The position numbers and the translations under genes were made by a program. Under the pieces are notes generated by a model. That model searched no databases and had not been told where the DNA came from. It saw only the letters and a list, made by a program, of their open reading frames with translations. 28,624 nucleotides of DNA from a virus (Duplodnaviria > Caudoviricetes). The stretch spans positions 1 to 28,624 of IMG/VR virus record IMGVR_UViG_3300050154_000024. One strand, given 5' to 3'. Of this stretch, positions 27,200 to 28,624 are shown piece by piece. How positions within the stretch are numbered: the first letter of the stretch is position 1; every line of letters starts with the position of its first letter.

Positions 27200-27937
27200 T
27201 CAGTTGTAGTAAGTGTGAAGATGGTCCAGCAGAAGCTGTGCATCATTGTCCATAAAAGTTTGTTCAACAGTGAACAATCCCATGGGACTGCGAATACGTT
27301 CTCCCGTCGTTGCCTTGGTAGGCTGCGTTTGGAAAACGTGTTTGAACCCAAGCAACTCATCACGAGGAGTGATGTGAAGCAAATCAGATTTGTAGGGTTC
27401 GAGGTCTTTCAAGGTCATCTTCTTCGTGGCAACCACGGTCGAGAAATATGCCTCAATTCCATTGTTCTTGAGCGCCCCCTTGATGGGAACTGCTGTTTTC
27501 ATTTCCATTGCTTTCTCATCCAGATCAGAACGAGTATGAGCAAGGACAAGGACAGATTGATTGAGCTTAGAGATTTTCTCTTGCATCAACTGCTTGAAAA
27601 ACTGTCCGTAATTCGCCCAGCCTTGCATGGTATTGGCAGCACCAACAACATACTGGCTTTCAAACATGTCCATTAAAAAGGTCATCGTGTCGATGACAAT
27701 CGTGTCGAAGTTCTTCTCCTGAAGCCCACCGGGAGCAACCATATCCAAAGCAGCCAAGACATCGTAAGGATCGGTGATCTTGATTTCCTTGAATTTGTTC
27801 TTGAAAGGCTTGCGTTTGCCTGCCTCACAGTTCAGGTCCAAGACTCGTTCCTGATTTCGCAGGGTTGCCAGACTGGCTGACTTGCCAGTTGCTGACTCCC
27901 CCGCAATTAGAACGAGTTGATCGTTGATCGTAACCAA
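27200..27937 (-). CDS. AAA/P-loop ATPase (N4 gp44-like, Sak4-like)
   Basis: Walker A GESATGKS, Walker B TIVID, plus NNGIEAYFSTVV and GERIRSPMG. Start reassigned to TTG 27937, 7 nt after GAGGTG, which removes the overlap with the primase. Confidence 0.88.
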   Translation of the reverse strand: MVTINDQLVLIAGESATGKSASLATLRNQERVLDLNCEAGKRKPFKNKFKEIKITDPYDVLAALDMVAPGGLQEKNFDTIVIDTMTFLMDMFESQYVVGAANTMQGWANYGQFFKQLMQEKISKLNQSVLVLAHTRSDLDEKAMEMKTAVPIKGALKNNGIEAYFSTVVATKKMTLKDLEPYKSDLLHITPRDELLGFKHVFQTQPTKATTGERIRSPMGLFTVEQTFMDNDAQLLLDHLHTYYN

Positions 27938-27962
27938 TTCAGCCCACCTCTTTCTTTCTGGT

Positions 27963-28624
27963 TCAAATACCTTGGATTTTCTTCGCAACCGATACAAGAA
28001 TCGTGCCACGAATTTCATTCTCGGAAAGCGGATTTGACAGCTTGGCATTCAAAGCCATCACTCGGCCTTCGACTTCGTTGTATTGGCAACCATTGTCGAT
28101 CAAGGCAAAAGCGAACTTCACCATTTGATTGTTCCGATCACCAACAGCCATCCGTTCAGCAAACCAACGTTCCAGTGCATCCATAGATGCAACAGATTGA
28201 TAGTTGATCTGATACTGTTCATTCTTGGCCGTCTTGGGCACAAACGGCAGAATGTCCAAGAGAATACCATCATTGAAAATGATGCTACCATTGGGGTTGC
28301 AAGACCATTTCCGGCTGCGTTGATTGGCGGACTCATCCACCTTGAACGGCAACCAAGAAAGAACATGTTCCATGAATTGCTTGTAATCTTCGGCAGTGAG
28401 AACAAGCTTGTAATTCATAGGCATGATCAGACGGAAACGGTTTTCCTCATTGGTATGCCGTTTTGTCGTATAGGTCATGAAGGTGTAATCCTTCAAAAGC
28501 TTGTGGGCAGTGGCAATAGATGTGCCACCATCCACATCGAGAACCAGAAGATTGAAACCGGGAACGGTATTTTCTTCTGATCGGTGCCCACCTTGGAAGT
28601 GGTGGTTTGCCCAATGATAGCCGG
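27963..28624 (-). CDS. DNA primase (N4 gp43-like), C-terminal part; start outside window
   Basis: Frame is open to the window end (GYHWANHHF...LLVLDVDGG). DxD catalytic motif, YTTKRH, RFRLIMP, and a PriCT-like end (GDRNNQM...LSNPLSENEI). Confidence 0.88.
   Translation of the reverse strand, partial: GYHWANHHFQGGHRSEENTVPGFNLLVLDVDGGTSIATAHKLLKDYTFMTYTTKRHTNEENRFRLIMPMNYKLVLTAEDYKQFMEHVLSWLPFKVDESANQRSRKWSCNPNGSIIFNDGILLDILPFVPKTAKNEQYQINYQSVASMDALERWFAERMAVGDRNNQMVKFAFALIDNGCQYNEVEGRVMALNAKLSNPLSENEIRGTILVSVAKKIQGI

Noticed and set aside
27938-28048. N-terminal 37-aa extension of the ATPase in the ORF track
   Set aside because: It overlaps the primase 3' end. TTG 27937 has a good GAGGTG SD and places Walker A near the N-terminus.
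1-28624. CRISPR array, tRNA, intron/intein, IS element or stop-codon recoding
   Set aside because: No spaced repeats, cloverleaf, homing-endonuclease or intein motifs, or transposase were seen. Genes tile the window tightly under the standard code.

Overview
This window is part of an N4-like podophage genome (Schitoviridae-type gene order), recognised from recalled N4 protein motifs and synteny, not from a database search. On the + strand, 1-25216 is the late virion module. It encodes the portal (5' truncated), a gp58-like protein, a gp57-like scaffold, the major capsid protein with a 77-aa insertion, gp55/gp54/gp53-like proteins, gp52- and gp51-like ejection proteins, an extra 204-aa orphan gene, and a 3930-aa virion RNA polymerase (vRNAP). 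A bidirectional terminator (~25218-25250) separates this from the convergent - strand replication module: primase C-terminus, AAA ATPase, SSB, a RusA-like/gp47-like fusion ORF and a small membrane protein. The most notable observations are four. (1) A short L-x-[WF]-G-x-x-[VI]-x-P motif recurs across the four consecutive Cys-free ejection-module ORFs, including the AT-rich orphan, suggesting a virion-loading/ejection tag and a co-injected cargo protein. (2) About 430 extra residues lie N-terminal to the vRNAP polymerase core and include an additional zincin HExxH domain. (3) The resolvase fusion ORF has a hairpin-occluded RBS and an internal in-frame start. (4) The gp53-like gene has an AT-rich mosaic core.
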